Shown: positions 51,588 to 61,968 of the stretch, piece by piece
Numbering within the stretch: the first letter of the stretch is position 1
Layout: the number at the start of each line of letters is the position of its first letter
NCBI GenBank assembly: GCA_963707255.1
Contig: CAVPPM010000023.1
Span: 222,687-286,686, forward strand
Length of the DNA stretch: 64,000 nt
Source of the DNA: an uncultured Sphingobacteriales bacterium
Lineage (GTDB): Bacteria; Bacteroidota; Bacteroidia; Chitinophagales; Chitinophagaceae
Direction of reading: 5' to 3'
Program-made: the position numbers and the translations under genes
The notes under the pieces: generated by a model
Seen by the model: only the letters and a program-made list of their open reading frames with translations
Told to the model about the DNA's origin: nothing
The model's database searches: none

Positions 51588-53156
51588 TTAATACGCGTTC
51601 TTGTCGCCCCGGAAAGAAACGAAAATGGTGGACAGGATAATCTTGAAATCCTGCATCAATGACCAGTTCTCCAGGTAATAGATATCGTGCTCAATTCTTT
51701 TCCTGAGCAGTTCAATATCCTTGATCTCGCCACGGTATCCTTTAACCTGTGCAAGACCGGTAACACCCGGCTTCACAAAGTGACGGATCATATATTTGTC
51801 ATACATCGTTTGGAACTCTTCCGTGTGTTTAAGCATATGCGGGCGTGGTCCAACTACTGACATGTTGCCAATCAGCACGTTCAGGAATTGTGGCAGTTCA
51901 TCAATATTCGTTTTTCTCATGAACCTTCCCAGTTTGGTGACCCTGGAATCATTTTTGGTTACCTGCTTCACATCACTTTCCGGGTTCTCCCTTAAGCTCC
52001 TGAATTTAATACACCAGAAAGGTTTATTGTTTTTTCCGGAACGCAGCTGCTTAAAGAATACGGGACCTCTTGATTCAAGCTTGATAAGGATAGCCAGGAT
52101 CGGGGTGAGCCATGACAATATAAAAATGGTGACCAGTGTACTTACCACGATATCGAGCAGGCGCTTCTGGATCCTGTTACCGGTATCTTCCAGTGGTTCA
52201 CTGCGAAGTGATAACACCGGCATATTGTCAACAAAATCTATATGGAAACTCCTGTTAACAAATAATTTGTAGTCCAGTACAAACTTGAAGTGCACCAGTT
52301 GCTCTTCAGCTTTGTGTGCAAGTTCATACAGGTAAGGATTCAGTTCAGGTGAAAGGGTGGAATATACTTCAGTAACATCGTTCTCCTGCACAAACGAAAG
52401 GCAGTCCCTTAATCCACCAATGATGGGAACCGCAACTTCGGCTTTTTCCCTTCTCCAGAGGCTTCCGAAACTGAAATCATTTTCAAATTTGTCGCCCAGT
52501 ACAATATGATTGTCATAAATATGGTTCGCACCATTATTGGCGAGTACGGCAGATGTATTGGTCCTGAAATATGTTCTGCCTGATTTACCACCAGATTGCA
52601 TCTCGGCACCCACTTTAACCTTTTCTATCACCTGCTCTGGTTTTTCATCAGAAAAACATCCAACTACTTCCACGAGCTCAGATTCGTCACGGAAATATTT
52701 GATCAGTTTGCGGGTAACTTCATTGTTGCCGATGATCACCACTTTCTTCTTCAATTTTGATTTTGCTTTCTGAACAAGAATGTGAAACACCAGCCTGTTA
52801 CACAATAACACTACGGCAAATGATATCAGGCAGGAGAATATAAACAACCTGGAGTAATCAAATTTGTAAGCAAAGATGAAGACGAAAAGAAGGAATACGG
52901 TAAGCATGAAACACTTCAGCGTACGCTTGAAGAAACTTTCAAAACTCAGCCAGTTCTTGCTTAAATATAATGCGGAGGCATAGACAGAGGCCAGCCATGC
53001 CAGATTGAATACATAATAAAAGTGGATATATTCTTTTTGATTCAATGCATCAGCCCTGGATATACTACTGCTGATGAAAAAGAATACCAAATTAAGAGTA
53101 AACCAATCCCACAACCATAATAGGGTACGATAAAACGAAAACGACAACCTGTTCAT
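51588..53156 (-). CDS. wcaJ: Undecaprenyl-phosphate sugar phosphotransferase (WcaJ-like)
   Basis: 4 TM plus KR..D, S.GPVFF.Q.R.G, KFRS, DELPQF.NVL.G.MSVVGPRP, VKPG.TGLAQV. Confidence 0.88.
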   Translation of the reverse strand: MNRLSFSFYRTLLWLWDWFTLNLVFFFISSSISRADALNQKEYIHFYYVFNLAWLASVYASALYLSKNWLSFESFFKRTLKCFMLTVFLLFVFIFAYKFDYSRLFIFSCLISFAVVLLCNRLVFHILVQKAKSKLKKKVVIIGNNEVTRKLIKYFRDESELVEVVGCFSDEKPEQVIEKVKVGAEMQSGGKSGRTYFRTNTSAVLANNGANHIYDNHIVLGDKFENDFSFGSLWRREKAEVAVPIIGGLRDCLSFVQENDVTEVYSTLSPELNPYLYELAHKAEEQLVHFKFVLDYKLFVNRSFHIDFVDNMPVLSLRSEPLEDTGNRIQKRLLDIVVSTLVTIFILSWLTPILAILIKLESRGPVFFKQLRSGKNNKPFWCIKFRSLRENPESDVKQVTKNDSRVTKLGRFMRKTNIDELPQFLNVLIGNMSVVGPRPHMLKHTEEFQTMYDKYMIRHFVKPGVTGLAQVKGYRGEIKDIELLRKRIEHDIYYLENWSLMQDFKIILSTIFVSFRGDKNAY

Positions 53157-53340
53157 TTCTTTCTTGCGTTTAGGGTAATAGTAAATACGAATTGACTATT
53201 CCTAAGTATTGGATAATACGAGCAAATGCTAAAGGCAAGTATAGGAAATGGAGCAGAACGAGCGGTTAGACATAGAACAGAGAGTAGAAATACTAAGTAA
53301 AAATATAGTATATTCTACACATATGCAAGTAATCTAGATA

Positions 53341-54213
53341 TTAAGATGTGAAGATTTTCTTATCATATTGTTGTATCAGGGACGTAGTCTCCTGAATATT
53401 AACCTTTGAGGAAGCACCGAACAGTATGGATTCTATACCAGGCAGGGAACAAACATATTCTATTGCTTCCCTGGCAGGTACGGCACCACCCGCGAGTACC
53501 TGCATGGCGATGGCCCGGAATTGCCTGGTTTTCAATGTATTCTCGTATAACTCCCTTCCACCGGACATCCTGAAACCCACTTTGTTAATAGATGAACAAA
53601 TGATAGGATTCCTTATGCCTCCCTCTTCCAGCACATCCAGCAGCATGGGCATATTCATGGTAATGAACCCGGCTTCTGCATTATACTTTTTGTTAACATA
53701 TTCATGAAATGCCACCAGCACCTCTTTCATCTGCATCCCCAACAGCAAATCTGTGATGACATTCTGTAGAAAAATGACCGGTGTATCGATCCCTTTAAAC
53801 ATCTTCATCTCACTGTCAACCAGCAGTTCCATTATAGAAAGGTAATCCTTGGATAAAAAGGCTACCCCACCCTTGAACATCGATCCTACAAAATTACCGG
53901 GAACAAATTTCTTCAGTGTTCCCGCCACGCCAAGTTCGGTTACGGCGTTGGCATATTTATGCGCATAAGGCATACAGGGAAACATCTTGTAACCCCGGTA
54001 TTTGTCTGGCTGCTCCCTTATGATATCACAGATATTTCCAATCCGTTCGTGGGTTGTACACATGAAGGTATTTATGCCGGCATTGCGTGCAGTATCGAGT
54101 GTATGGATAATGGCTGAATCTTCCCTGAACCGGATAGACTGTGCCATTGCCTTGTCATCAGAGATATGGTTAACCGCAAAAAACTGGTTATCGCCAAAAA
54201 TTATTCTTTCCAT
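53341..54213 (-). CDS. Conserved-looking hypothetical protein, possibly aldo/keto-reductase-like barrel
   Basis: 290 aa, 3-nt gap to the oxidoreductase; GDNQFF..NH, N..GF.M, AM..LA.G, ILFGASS..NI. Confidence 0.55.
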   Translation of the reverse strand: MERIIFGDNQFFAVNHISDDKAMAQSIRFREDSAIIHTLDTARNAGINTFMCTTHERIGNICDIIREQPDKYRGYKMFPCMPYAHKYANAVTELGVAGTLKKFVPGNFVGSMFKGGVAFLSKDYLSIMELLVDSEMKMFKGIDTPVIFLQNVITDLLLGMQMKEVLVAFHEYVNKKYNAEAGFITMNMPMLLDVLEEGGIRNPIICSSINKVGFRMSGGRELYENTLKTRQFRAIAMQVLAGGAVPAREAIEYVCSLPGIESILFGASSKVNIQETTSLIQQYDKKIFTS

Positions 54214-54216
54214 TTT

Positions 54217-55227
54217 TCAGGATTGTGCTTTACGTATCATCGAAATAGCCTTGTCAGTCAGCGCAGCACTTTCGAAGGTGTTAATCAAATTTGGTTTTGT
54301 GCCCTTTACCGAAGCAATAAAATAATCCAGTTGGGCACTATATTCCTCACCGCGGAGATAAAAGTCAACCGGATCGGTGAGATCAGTAACATATTTTACA
54401 TTCCACCCGGTATTGTATCCGGCGGGAGCTTCTTTGTCTTTAAAATACACTTTCAGTTCATTGGCATCTGAGACGATTTTCCCCTTGCTGCCGTTGAGTG
54501 TTATGGAGGTCGTCATTTTTCTGAAGGTATCGTCACTCCAGTTAACGGAAAGCATACCCGAAACCTTGTTCCTTAATTCCATCATGGCATAAACGGCATC
54601 ATCCACCTCCCTGGAAAAAATACTCTTCAACTGGCTGGAACTGACTTTTTCCACGGGCGATAATATATCGTTTATGAGATCGATGATATGCGATGCATAG
54701 TCCATCAGGCATCCCCCGCCCTCTTCTGGATTTGTTCTCCATGATTCCTGTTTTGCCCTGATCACTACCGGACCAAAAGATTGTCCATGAAAATGATACA
54801 CTTCACCCAGGGCGCCTGATTTAACAAGGCGCTTTACTTCCCTGAACGTACCGATAAATTTATTATGGTAGCCGACCTGGTTAACCAGTTTTTTGTTCTT
54901 TGCTTTTTCAATTAATGCGGGAGCCTCATCTGCAGTCAGGCAAAAAGGTTTCTCTACAAAGACATGAATATTGCGGTCAAGTAGTTCATTCACCATACTG
55001 GCATGGAACCTGGTGGGAACAGCCACAACAACAGCGTCTGGCTTTGCGGTATCCAGCATTTTGCGATAGTCGGTAAAGCAGGGAAAGGGTGAATACTTTT
55101 CGATGGCGTCCAGCATCATTTTCGACGTATCACATACGCCAGCCACTTCAACATCTTTATGTGCACCCAGGATGGCAAGATGAGAAATACCCATTTTGCC
55201 GATGCCAATAATTCCGGTTTTAATCAT
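54217..55227 (-). CDS. Gfo/Idh/MocA oxidoreductase
   Basis: GIIGIGKMG, H...VFVEKP, GGG.L.D.ASH. Confidence 0.9.
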   Translation of the reverse strand: MIKTGIIGIGKMGISHLAILGAHKDVEVAGVCDTSKMMLDAIEKYSPFPCFTDYRKMLDTAKPDAVVVAVPTRFHASMVNELLDRNIHVFVEKPFCLTADEAPALIEKAKNKKLVNQVGYHNKFIGTFREVKRLVKSGALGEVYHFHGQSFGPVVIRAKQESWRTNPEEGGGCLMDYASHIIDLINDILSPVEKVSSSQLKSIFSREVDDAVYAMMELRNKVSGMLSVNWSDDTFRKMTTSITLNGSKGKIVSDANELKVYFKDKEAPAGYNTGWNVKYVTDLTDPVDFYLRGEEYSAQLDYFIASVKGTKPNLINTFESAALTDKAISMIRKAQS

Positions 55228-55261
55228 TTAATATCAGATTTTTCGAAAGCACAAATTTAAC

Positions 55262-56395
55262 CTATTTCGCGGTTAAAATTTCCCTTAAACCATGTATTAC
55301 TTTATTCACTTCTTCATCCGTCATCGGAATATACAAGGGTATAATAATACTGTTGTCTGCAGCCTGTTCTGAAACAGGAAGATGCAGATCTTTACACTCT
55401 TCCTTATAAGCTGTTTCACGATGCGACGTCATGATACCCCTCCTGGAAGAAATGCCCATATCCAGCAATTTCTGCATGATCTCATTTCGTGAAACCGGGC
55501 AGCCTGGCAGTAAATAAATACTGTATGACTGGTAATTGCTGAAGTATCCATCCATCTCCACAGGAAGGCGGATAAAATCGATATCACTGAATGCCTCGTG
55601 GTACCTCATGGCAATTTTCCTTCTTTCACTGATAATCCAGTCGAGCTTATTCAACTGATGTATCCCAACGGATGCCTGGATATCCGTCATGCGGTAGTTG
55701 TACCCCACTTCAAGGTGATCTTCGAACAATATTTTGGAAGACTCATGTCTTACACGATCATTAACTGACATACCGTGTTGCCTGAGCAATTTCATTCTCT
55801 GGTAATAAGCCTCATTATTGGTGGTGATCATTCCTCCGTCACCGGTGGAGATGACTTTCCGCGGATGGAACGAAAAACACACGAGGCTGGAATGGCTGCC
55901 AATTTTTTTCCCCTTGTATGCAGATCCTGCAGCACATGCAGCATCTTCAATCAGTACCAGCGAATGTTTTTCCGCCAGTTTGGAAAAGGCATCAATATCT
56001 GCCGGCATACCGATCTGGTGCACCAGCAATATGGCCTTTGTTTTAGCGGTTATCTTTTTTTCCGTATCAGCAATATCCAGGTTATAGTTGCAGGGATTGA
56101 TCTCTGCAAATACCGGTGTTGCGCCAACGTATTTAATGGAGTTTGCCGTGGCGATATAACTCATCGACGGACAGATCACTTCGTCTCCTGCCCGGATTCC
56201 GGCCACAATCATGGCAAGGTGCAGGGCCGTGGTGCAGTTAGACACGGCAACAGCATACTCTGCCCCGGTGTAAGCAGCAAATTTCTGTTCAAATTCTGCA
56301 ACCCTGGGTCCCTGGGTTATCCACCCGGTTAAAATAGTGTCATACGCGGCCTGTGCTTCCTCTGTGGTGAGATAAGGTTTTGCTATGGGTATCAT
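55262..56395 (-). CDS. DegT/DnrJ/EryC1/StrS sugar aminotransferase
   Basis: GWITQGP, SNCTTALHLA, IEDAA, FSFHPRKVISTGDGG, GYNYRMTD. Confidence 0.92.
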   Translation of the reverse strand: MIPIAKPYLTTEEAQAAYDTILTGWITQGPRVAEFEQKFAAYTGAEYAVAVSNCTTALHLAMIVAGIRAGDEVICPSMSYIATANSIKYVGATPVFAEINPCNYNLDIADTEKKITAKTKAILLVHQIGMPADIDAFSKLAEKHSLVLIEDAACAAGSAYKGKKIGSHSSLVCFSFHPRKVISTGDGGMITTNNEAYYQRMKLLRQHGMSVNDRVRHESSKILFEDHLEVGYNYRMTDIQASVGIHQLNKLDWIISERRKIAMRYHEAFSDIDFIRLPVEMDGYFSNYQSYSIYLLPGCPVSRNEIMQKLLDMGISSRRGIMTSHRETAYKEECKDLHLPVSEQAADNSIIIPLYIPMTDEEVNKVIHGLREILTAK

Positions 56396-57372
56396 GCCGT
56401 CTGGTTCTGTTTAATTTTTGAAAAATACCATTCGCTGAGTTCCGCCAGACCCTGGTGAAGGCTGACTGTTGGAGAAAATCCCAGCAGCTCTTTTGCCTTG
56501 GAAATATCTGCCAGCCTGCGGCTGACAGGATTAACAGCATCGGAGGCCCTGAATTCGGGTTCCAGCGATGAATTGTTTACAGCGAGAAGGGCTTCCAGCA
56601 GTTGCTTTAAGCTGGTTTCCTCGCAATTGCCGATGTTAAAATTTTCATCTGTTACATCTGCCTGCAGTGCTGCAATATTGGCACGCGCAATATCTTTGAC
56701 ATATACAAAATCCATTGATGTGCTGCCATCACCATTAATGAGCGGCCGTTTACCATCACGGATACAATCGAGCCATTTGATCATCACCTCCGTATACTTG
56801 CCATCCGTATCCATCCGGGGGCCATATGCATTGAAATAACGCAGTGCTGCATAGTCAAGCCCATACATGAATTTGTAACTCCTGAACAGTTGTTCTCCCC
56901 ACATTTTAGCAGCGCCGTAAAAAGTCTGGTTATTGTATGGATTATCTGTCTCCGGTGTTGGGAAATGTTGCGCCAGTCCATATACCGAAGCACTTGAACT
57001 GTATATGACTTTTTTCACCTTATACTTCACGCATAATTCTGCAAGGTCAAATGTGGCTTTCAGCATTACGTCAAATCCCTCCCGCGGGTTAGCGGCGCAG
57101 GCATTGATCCTCAATGCTGCCATATGAAATACGTAATCAGTGCCCGAAACAAGTTTATCCATCAATACCGCGTCCCTGATATCGCCTTCATGCACTTCCA
57201 CGATGGGATTATCCAGGAAACTTTTCATATTCAGCCTGCTGCCCCTGATAAAATTATCGATAATGATAATCTTAGCCGGTTCCAGCGGAATCAGTTGTTC
57301 TACCACATAAGATCCGATAAAACCCGCACCGCCGGTTACCAGGATCACACTGTTCCTAACTTTATTATCCAT
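56392..57372 (-). CDS. NAD-dependent sugar epimerase/dehydratase
   Basis: TGGAGFIG, SSASVYG, YGAAK, LRYFNAYGPR. Confidence 0.92.
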   Translation of the reverse strand: MDNKVRNSVILVTGGAGFIGSYVVEQLIPLEPAKIIIIDNFIRGSRLNMKSFLDNPIVEVHEGDIRDAVLMDKLVSGTDYVFHMAALRINACAANPREGFDVMLKATFDLAELCVKYKVKKVIYSSSASVYGLAQHFPTPETDNPYNNQTFYGAAKMWGEQLFRSYKFMYGLDYAALRYFNAYGPRMDTDGKYTEVMIKWLDCIRDGKRPLINGDGSTSMDFVYVKDIARANIAALQADVTDENFNIGNCEETSLKQLLEALLAVNNSSLEPEFRASDAVNPVSRRLADISKAKELLGFSPTVSLHQGLAELSEWYFSKIKQNQTA

Positions 57373-57733
57373 GATTTGAATTATTTAAACTTAAAATGAT
57401 AATGCCGGCGATGATCATCAGGAGTCCAAAATAAGACCCCAGCGTCAGCTGGTCCCTGAAAATAAAGTATCCTGTCGCCACCGTAAGAATAAAATTGATC
57501 CCCACTGCAACAGGTATGATAAATGTAAAATTGCCGGATGATAGCGCTTTAAACAGTACAAGTGCCGATAAAAAAATGATGGCAAAGGCCGTGATAATCT
57601 GGGCCTGGAAAAGAAATCTTATCCAGTCATTAAATGCAACCAGAGATTTTCCTTTCAGGTTATATTTAATAATGGCTGCCCCGCTAACATTAAGCAGGGC
57701 ATAGAAGAAACAAAAGGTAATGGCTTTGATCAA
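57365..57733 (-). CDS. Small 4-TM EamA/SMR-like transporter (ArnE/F-like)
   Basis: 4 hydrophobic helices, G..IF.D.L.....GL..I..GII. Confidence 0.65.
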   Translation of the reverse strand: MIKAITFCFFYALLNVSGAAIIKYNLKGKSLVAFNDWIRFLFQAQIITAFAIIFLSALVLFKALSSGNFTFIIPVAVGINFILTVATGYFIFRDQLTLGSYFGLLMIIAGIIILSLNNSNHG

Positions 57734-57734
57734 A

Positions 57735-58670
57735 TTAATTCAGTTCTATAATTTCATCAATAATAAATACCGGCCGCTTCCTGCTGGCATCCAGCGTTCT
57801 CCAAAGATACTCAGCAATGATGCCGAGCGAAATATTGGTAATACCAAATCCGATCATCAGTATGGATACCAGTGCCGGCCACCCGCTTTCCAGGTTGTCA
57901 TACAACAGTTTCCGGGCAATGATATAGGTGGTCCAGAATATCCCCACAATAAAAAACAATATCCCGATATAAGATACCAGCCTGATTGGCGTATACGAGA
58001 AGGCCACAAAAGAATCGATCAGCAATTTTATTTTCTTTGCCAGCGTCCATTTTGATTTTCCGGCCTTCCTGGCGATTTTCTGGTATTCAATAAAATCCTG
58101 CCGGAATCCCAGGTTGAGTATCTGTAAGAAGAGGCTTGAATTGGATTCAATATTTTTATTCAGCGAATCGGCGACCTTGCGGTTAAACAGCACTACATCG
58201 AATCCCTTCGACGGGTACCTTACGTTTACATACCGTTGCATCAGCCCGGAATAAAACCCGGAGAATTTTTTTTCAAACCAGGAATTCTGTGTCTGCTGGC
58301 GGTAACCCCAGACGATCTCATTTCCCAGCAGCGCTTTCGCATACATGTCAACGATATTGTCTATCGGGTCCTGGAGGTCAGCATAAATAAAAGTTATGTA
58401 TTTCCCCACGGCATGCATCACACCTGACCTGAGCGCGGCATGAGATCCGTAGTTCTGGGACAGTGAAATAAGCCTCGTACCGGAAGGAAATTCCGTCTTT
58501 GATATCTTTTCCACGGACCTGTCGGTTGAACCGTCATTGACCAGGATGATTTCAAATCGTATATCTTTCTGCCGGCTCACAAAATTGCAGAGCTCTTCCG
58601 ACAGGAATCCGATATTGTCCTCCTCGTTCAGGAAAGGAATGATAATGCTTATATCGGGTATCCTATCCAT
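57735..58670 (-). CDS. GT2 polyprenol-phosphate glycosyltransferase (ArnC/GtrB-like)
   Basis: IIPFLNEE, NDGSTD, NYG...AL..G, ADLQDP, two C-terminal TMs, GII.EYL.R....RP. Confidence 0.88.
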   Translation of the reverse strand: MDRIPDISIIIPFLNEEDNIGFLSEELCNFVSRQKDIRFEIILVNDGSTDRSVEKISKTEFPSGTRLISLSQNYGSHAALRSGVMHAVGKYITFIYADLQDPIDNIVDMYAKALLGNEIVWGYRQQTQNSWFEKKFSGFYSGLMQRYVNVRYPSKGFDVVLFNRKVADSLNKNIESNSSLFLQILNLGFRQDFIEYQKIARKAGKSKWTLAKKIKLLIDSFVAFSYTPIRLVSYIGILFFIVGIFWTTYIIARKLLYDNLESGWPALVSILMIGFGITNISLGIIAEYLWRTLDASRKRPVFIIDEIIELN

Positions 58671-59313
58671 GGGTGGAAACATTTTTTAAGGGAATTTCTC
58701 TGGCCGGATTTCCGGCTATCCTTGACCGTGAGGGAAAACTTCGTATCACGTTGCTGCCGATACCCACCAGTGAAAAATCTCCGATGCTGATGCCGTTAAT
58801 GAGGTTGCTGCCGCTTCCTATATAACAGTTCCTGCCCACAACCGTTCCCCCTGCAATAACAACAGAAGAACCTACCAGCGCATAATCATCCACGTGAGCA
58901 TCATGATGAACAACAGAATTGGGAAGTATGCATACATGATCACCGATCCTGGCATTGCTGGTGATCACCACCCCGGCCATAACCAGTGAATTTTTTCCAA
59001 CAAGCGCATTTCTGCCTATCACGGCAGAGGGATGTATAACCGTGGCAAACCTTTCTTCCTTAATCCCCAGGCCGTCAATATGTTCCTTTCTTTTTTGAAA
59101 ACTAGCAGGCCCACCGGGTACTGCCAGCACCATAGCATCAGGATATCTTTCCAGCATCGACCGGTCTTCCACGGGTAGTTTGCCGGCATAGCCCTGCTTG
59201 GTCGCAAAATTGTCGTCTATGAAACCAATAACATCATATTCCGCCGGATCAATACAGTCCAGCGCTTCAATGCCATTTCCATTGCAGGGGAATATGATGA
59301 GTTTTTTTGGCAT
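58663..59313 (-). CDS. NeuD/PglD-like sugar acetyltransferase
   Basis: GFIDD, TVIHPSA, hexapeptide repeats, VHHD, GNPAR. Confidence 0.85.
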   Translation of the reverse strand: MPKKLIIFPCNGNGIEALDCIDPAEYDVIGFIDDNFATKQGYAGKLPVEDRSMLERYPDAMVLAVPGGPASFQKRKEHIDGLGIKEERFATVIHPSAVIGRNALVGKNSLVMAGVVITSNARIGDHVCILPNSVVHHDAHVDDYALVGSSVVIAGGTVVGRNCYIGSGSNLINGISIGDFSLVGIGSNVIRSFPSRSRIAGNPAREIPLKNVSTHG

Positions 59314-59320
59314 CAGGCAG

Positions 59321-60442
59321 TTAATATGAATTGATGATATCCACCACGTAGGCTACTTCCTGGTCAGTCAGTTCCGCGTACATTGGAAGTGATACGCAAT
59401 GTTCAGCAAGGTATTCCGAATTCGGGCAGTCTCCTTTCTTATAGGATAGAGAAGCATATGCCTTTTGCAGGTGGCAGGGAACAGGATAATGAAGCCCGGG
59501 AAAAATCTGGCGTTCATTAAGGTATTTGATCAGTTCATCCCTGTTTTCCGTGGTAACCACGAAGAGGTGAAATACTGACTCATGTCCTGCAGGCTGAACC
59601 TGCATGGTAATTTTTGGATTGCTGATATTACGATGATAGTATGCAGCAATGTCCCTGCGACGTGCATTCCAGGAAGGAAGGTATTTGAGCTTGATGCTGA
59701 GCGATGCGCCTTCGAGTCCGCCCATCCTCATATTGTAACCAATTTCATCATGGTAATACCTGACTACAGAACCGTGGTTGCGCAGGCTTTGCAGGTGCTT
59801 ATAATATTGTTCATTATTGGTGGTTATACCTCCGGCTTCCCCACAGGCGCCAAGATTTTTGCCCGGGTAAAAACTGAAACAGGCCATCTCTCCAAATCCG
59901 CCAACGGGCTTACCGTGGTATTTTGCACCCTGTGCCTGTGCGGCATCTTCCAGCAGAAATAATCCATGTTTTTTACACAGCGCATCAACCGGTGCAATAT
60001 CGAATGGCTGACCGTATAAGTGTACGCCAATCACCGCCTTGGTTTTGGCATTGATCTTTTCTTCGATCTTTTTAACGTCGATCTCCCAGGTATCCGGGTG
60101 ACAGTCTACAAAAACAGGAGTGGCTCCGGTATAGGAAACACCCCAGGCAGTGGCGATGAAGGTGTTGGCAGGAATAATGACCTCATCACCGGCGCCGATC
60201 CCAAGTGCCAGCATAGCCAGGTGAAGTGCGGAGGTTCCATTATTTACGCCAACAGAATATTTGACATCGCAAAAAGAAGAGAACTGCTGTTCAAATTCTT
60301 CCACGAAAGGTCCACCGGAAAATGCCGTGGCGTTATACACTTTCTCGAATGCTTCAAAAACCTCCCTGCGTATCTGGTCGTGCTGACCTTTCAGGTCAAG
60401 GCAGGGAATCTTTTTCATCAGGTTAGTAGTTGCTGTACTCAT
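59321..60442 (-). CDS. DegT family sugar aminotransferase (3-amino type)
   Basis: NTFIAT, VHLYGQ, EDAAQAQGA, FSFYPGKNLGA.GEAG, HYPVP.HLQ. Confidence 0.92.
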   Translation of the reverse strand: MSTATTNLMKKIPCLDLKGQHDQIRREVFEAFEKVYNATAFSGGPFVEEFEQQFSSFCDVKYSVGVNNGTSALHLAMLALGIGAGDEVIIPANTFIATAWGVSYTGATPVFVDCHPDTWEIDVKKIEEKINAKTKAVIGVHLYGQPFDIAPVDALCKKHGLFLLEDAAQAQGAKYHGKPVGGFGEMACFSFYPGKNLGACGEAGGITTNNEQYYKHLQSLRNHGSVVRYYHDEIGYNMRMGGLEGASLSIKLKYLPSWNARRRDIAAYYHRNISNPKITMQVQPAGHESVFHLFVVTTENRDELIKYLNERQIFPGLHYPVPCHLQKAYASLSYKKGDCPNSEYLAEHCVSLPMYAELTDQEVAYVVDIINSY

Positions 60443-60927
60443 ATGGTTTTTATTATTTTGGCAGGAACACCTGCAACAACAGTATTATCAGGAACATCTT
60501 TGGTAACTACGGCACCGGCCCCAACCAGTGCATTACGGCCAATAACGATTCCGGCCAGGATGGTGGCATTACTTCCAATGGAAGCGCCTTTCTTAATGGT
60601 GGTCTCCACCACTTTCCAGTCACTTTCATTTTGTATGCTGCCGTCTTCATTGGTTGCCCTTGGAAACAGGTCATTCGTAAACATAACGCCATGACCGATA
60701 AACACATTATCCTCGATATGCACTCCTTCACAGATAAAACTGTGGCTGGAGATCTTGCAATTCTTACCAATGGTAGCGCCTTTTTGTATTTCTACAAATG
60801 CCCCTACCTTGCTGCCGTCATCGATGCTGCAGCCATAAGCATTTACAAAATTAAATATTTTGACATCCTTGCCTACACTGACATTATTCAATGACTGGCG
60901 TTCATTCTGAATGGTAATGATTTCCAT
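60439..60927 (-). CDS. Hexapeptide N-acetyltransferase (WbpD/FdtC-like)
   Basis: IQKGA.IG.NCKISSH.FICEGV, FTND..PR, GASIG.NATI, VGAGAVVTKDV. Confidence 0.88.
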   Translation of the reverse strand: MEIITIQNERQSLNNVSVGKDVKIFNFVNAYGCSIDDGSKVGAFVEIQKGATIGKNCKISSHSFICEGVHIEDNVFIGHGVMFTNDLFPRATNEDGSIQNESDWKVVETTIKKGASIGSNATILAGIVIGRNALVGAGAVVTKDVPDNTVVAGVPAKIIKTI

Positions 60928-60929
60928 AT

Positions 60930-61952
60930 CTAACGTATCTTGATTTCTTTTCCTTTATTCTTGATCGATTCCTGCGACGCTTCCAGGATTTTCACTACCT
61001 GCCTTCCCAGGATGGCATTGGCAAGGGGTTCTTTTTTCAGGCATACCGACTGGATAAAATCTTCGGCTACTCCCGCCAGTGCTTCGCGGCCGGAAAGTTT
61101 CGGAATGAACACATCGCCTGTGCGGTAGTCGACCATGATCCGCGTTTTGTCTTCTTCTGACTTCATATTATACCCGGTATCATACACCCTCACCTTTTCT
61201 GATGGCTCCAGATCATTGTACAGGATCATTTTTTTATCTCCCCCGATCAGGGTCTGTCTCACCTTTACCGGCGAGGTCCAGGAGCAGTTGAAATGGGCAA
61301 TGAAATCCGACTGGTAATTTACCGTCAGGTAGGCAATATTCTCAATATGGTTCCTGGTATGAGAGATCCCCGTGGCATTAATGCTTTCGGGTAATTCCGT
61401 GATCAGGTAGGTCAGAATGGAAATATCATGCGGCGCAAGGTCCCACAAGACATTTACATCCGGCTGAAATAAACCCAGGTTGATCCTTGTGGAATCAAAG
61501 TAGGAAGGTGTGCCGATGGTTTTATCTTCGATCAGTTCCTTCATTTTGGCCACCGCCCCGGTATACAGGAAGGTATGGTCGGCCATAAGCGTAAGCCCTT
61601 TCCTGGCCGCCAGTTCAATGAGTTCATCAGCTTCTGCAACGGATGATGTCATTGGTTTTTCAATGAGCACGTGCTTACCGTTTTCCAACGCTTTTTTAGC
61701 CAGCGCGAAATGCGTAAATACCGGCGTGGCAATCACCACAGCGTCAATCACCGGATCACTGATAATGTCATTCGCATCTGCGACCCCTGTAATGGAGGGA
61801 AATATTTTATTCAGCAGCTTAAGGCGCTCCGGCCTGGCGTCTGCTACTTTTCTTACGGTACAATCTGTTGCGCCAAAAAAATTCCTGACAATATTGGGAC
61901 CCCAATAGCCATAACCGATGACGCCTACATTAATATTATTGCTGTTATTCAT
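60930..61952 (-). CDS. Gfo/Idh/MocA oxidoreductase
   Basis: GYGYWGPN, HVLIEKP, WDLAPHD. Confidence 0.9.
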   Translation of the reverse strand: MNNSNNINVGVIGYGYWGPNIVRNFFGATDCTVRKVADARPERLKLLNKIFPSITGVADANDIISDPVIDAVVIATPVFTHFALAKKALENGKHVLIEKPMTSSVAEADELIELAARKGLTLMADHTFLYTGAVAKMKELIEDKTIGTPSYFDSTRINLGLFQPDVNVLWDLAPHDISILTYLITELPESINATGISHTRNHIENIAYLTVNYQSDFIAHFNCSWTSPVKVRQTLIGGDKKMILYNDLEPSEKVRVYDTGYNMKSEEDKTRIMVDYRTGDVFIPKLSGREALAGVAEDFIQSVCLKKEPLANAILGRQVVKILEASQESIKNKGKEIKIR

Positions 61953-61968
61953 GGTTTATCTTTCTCGT

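Noticed and set aside
60020-60694. Long antisense ORFs (also 6450-7091, 7123-7653, 30603-31142, 55775-56332)
   Set aside because: They shadow well-supported genes on the opposite strand and have no recognisable motifs
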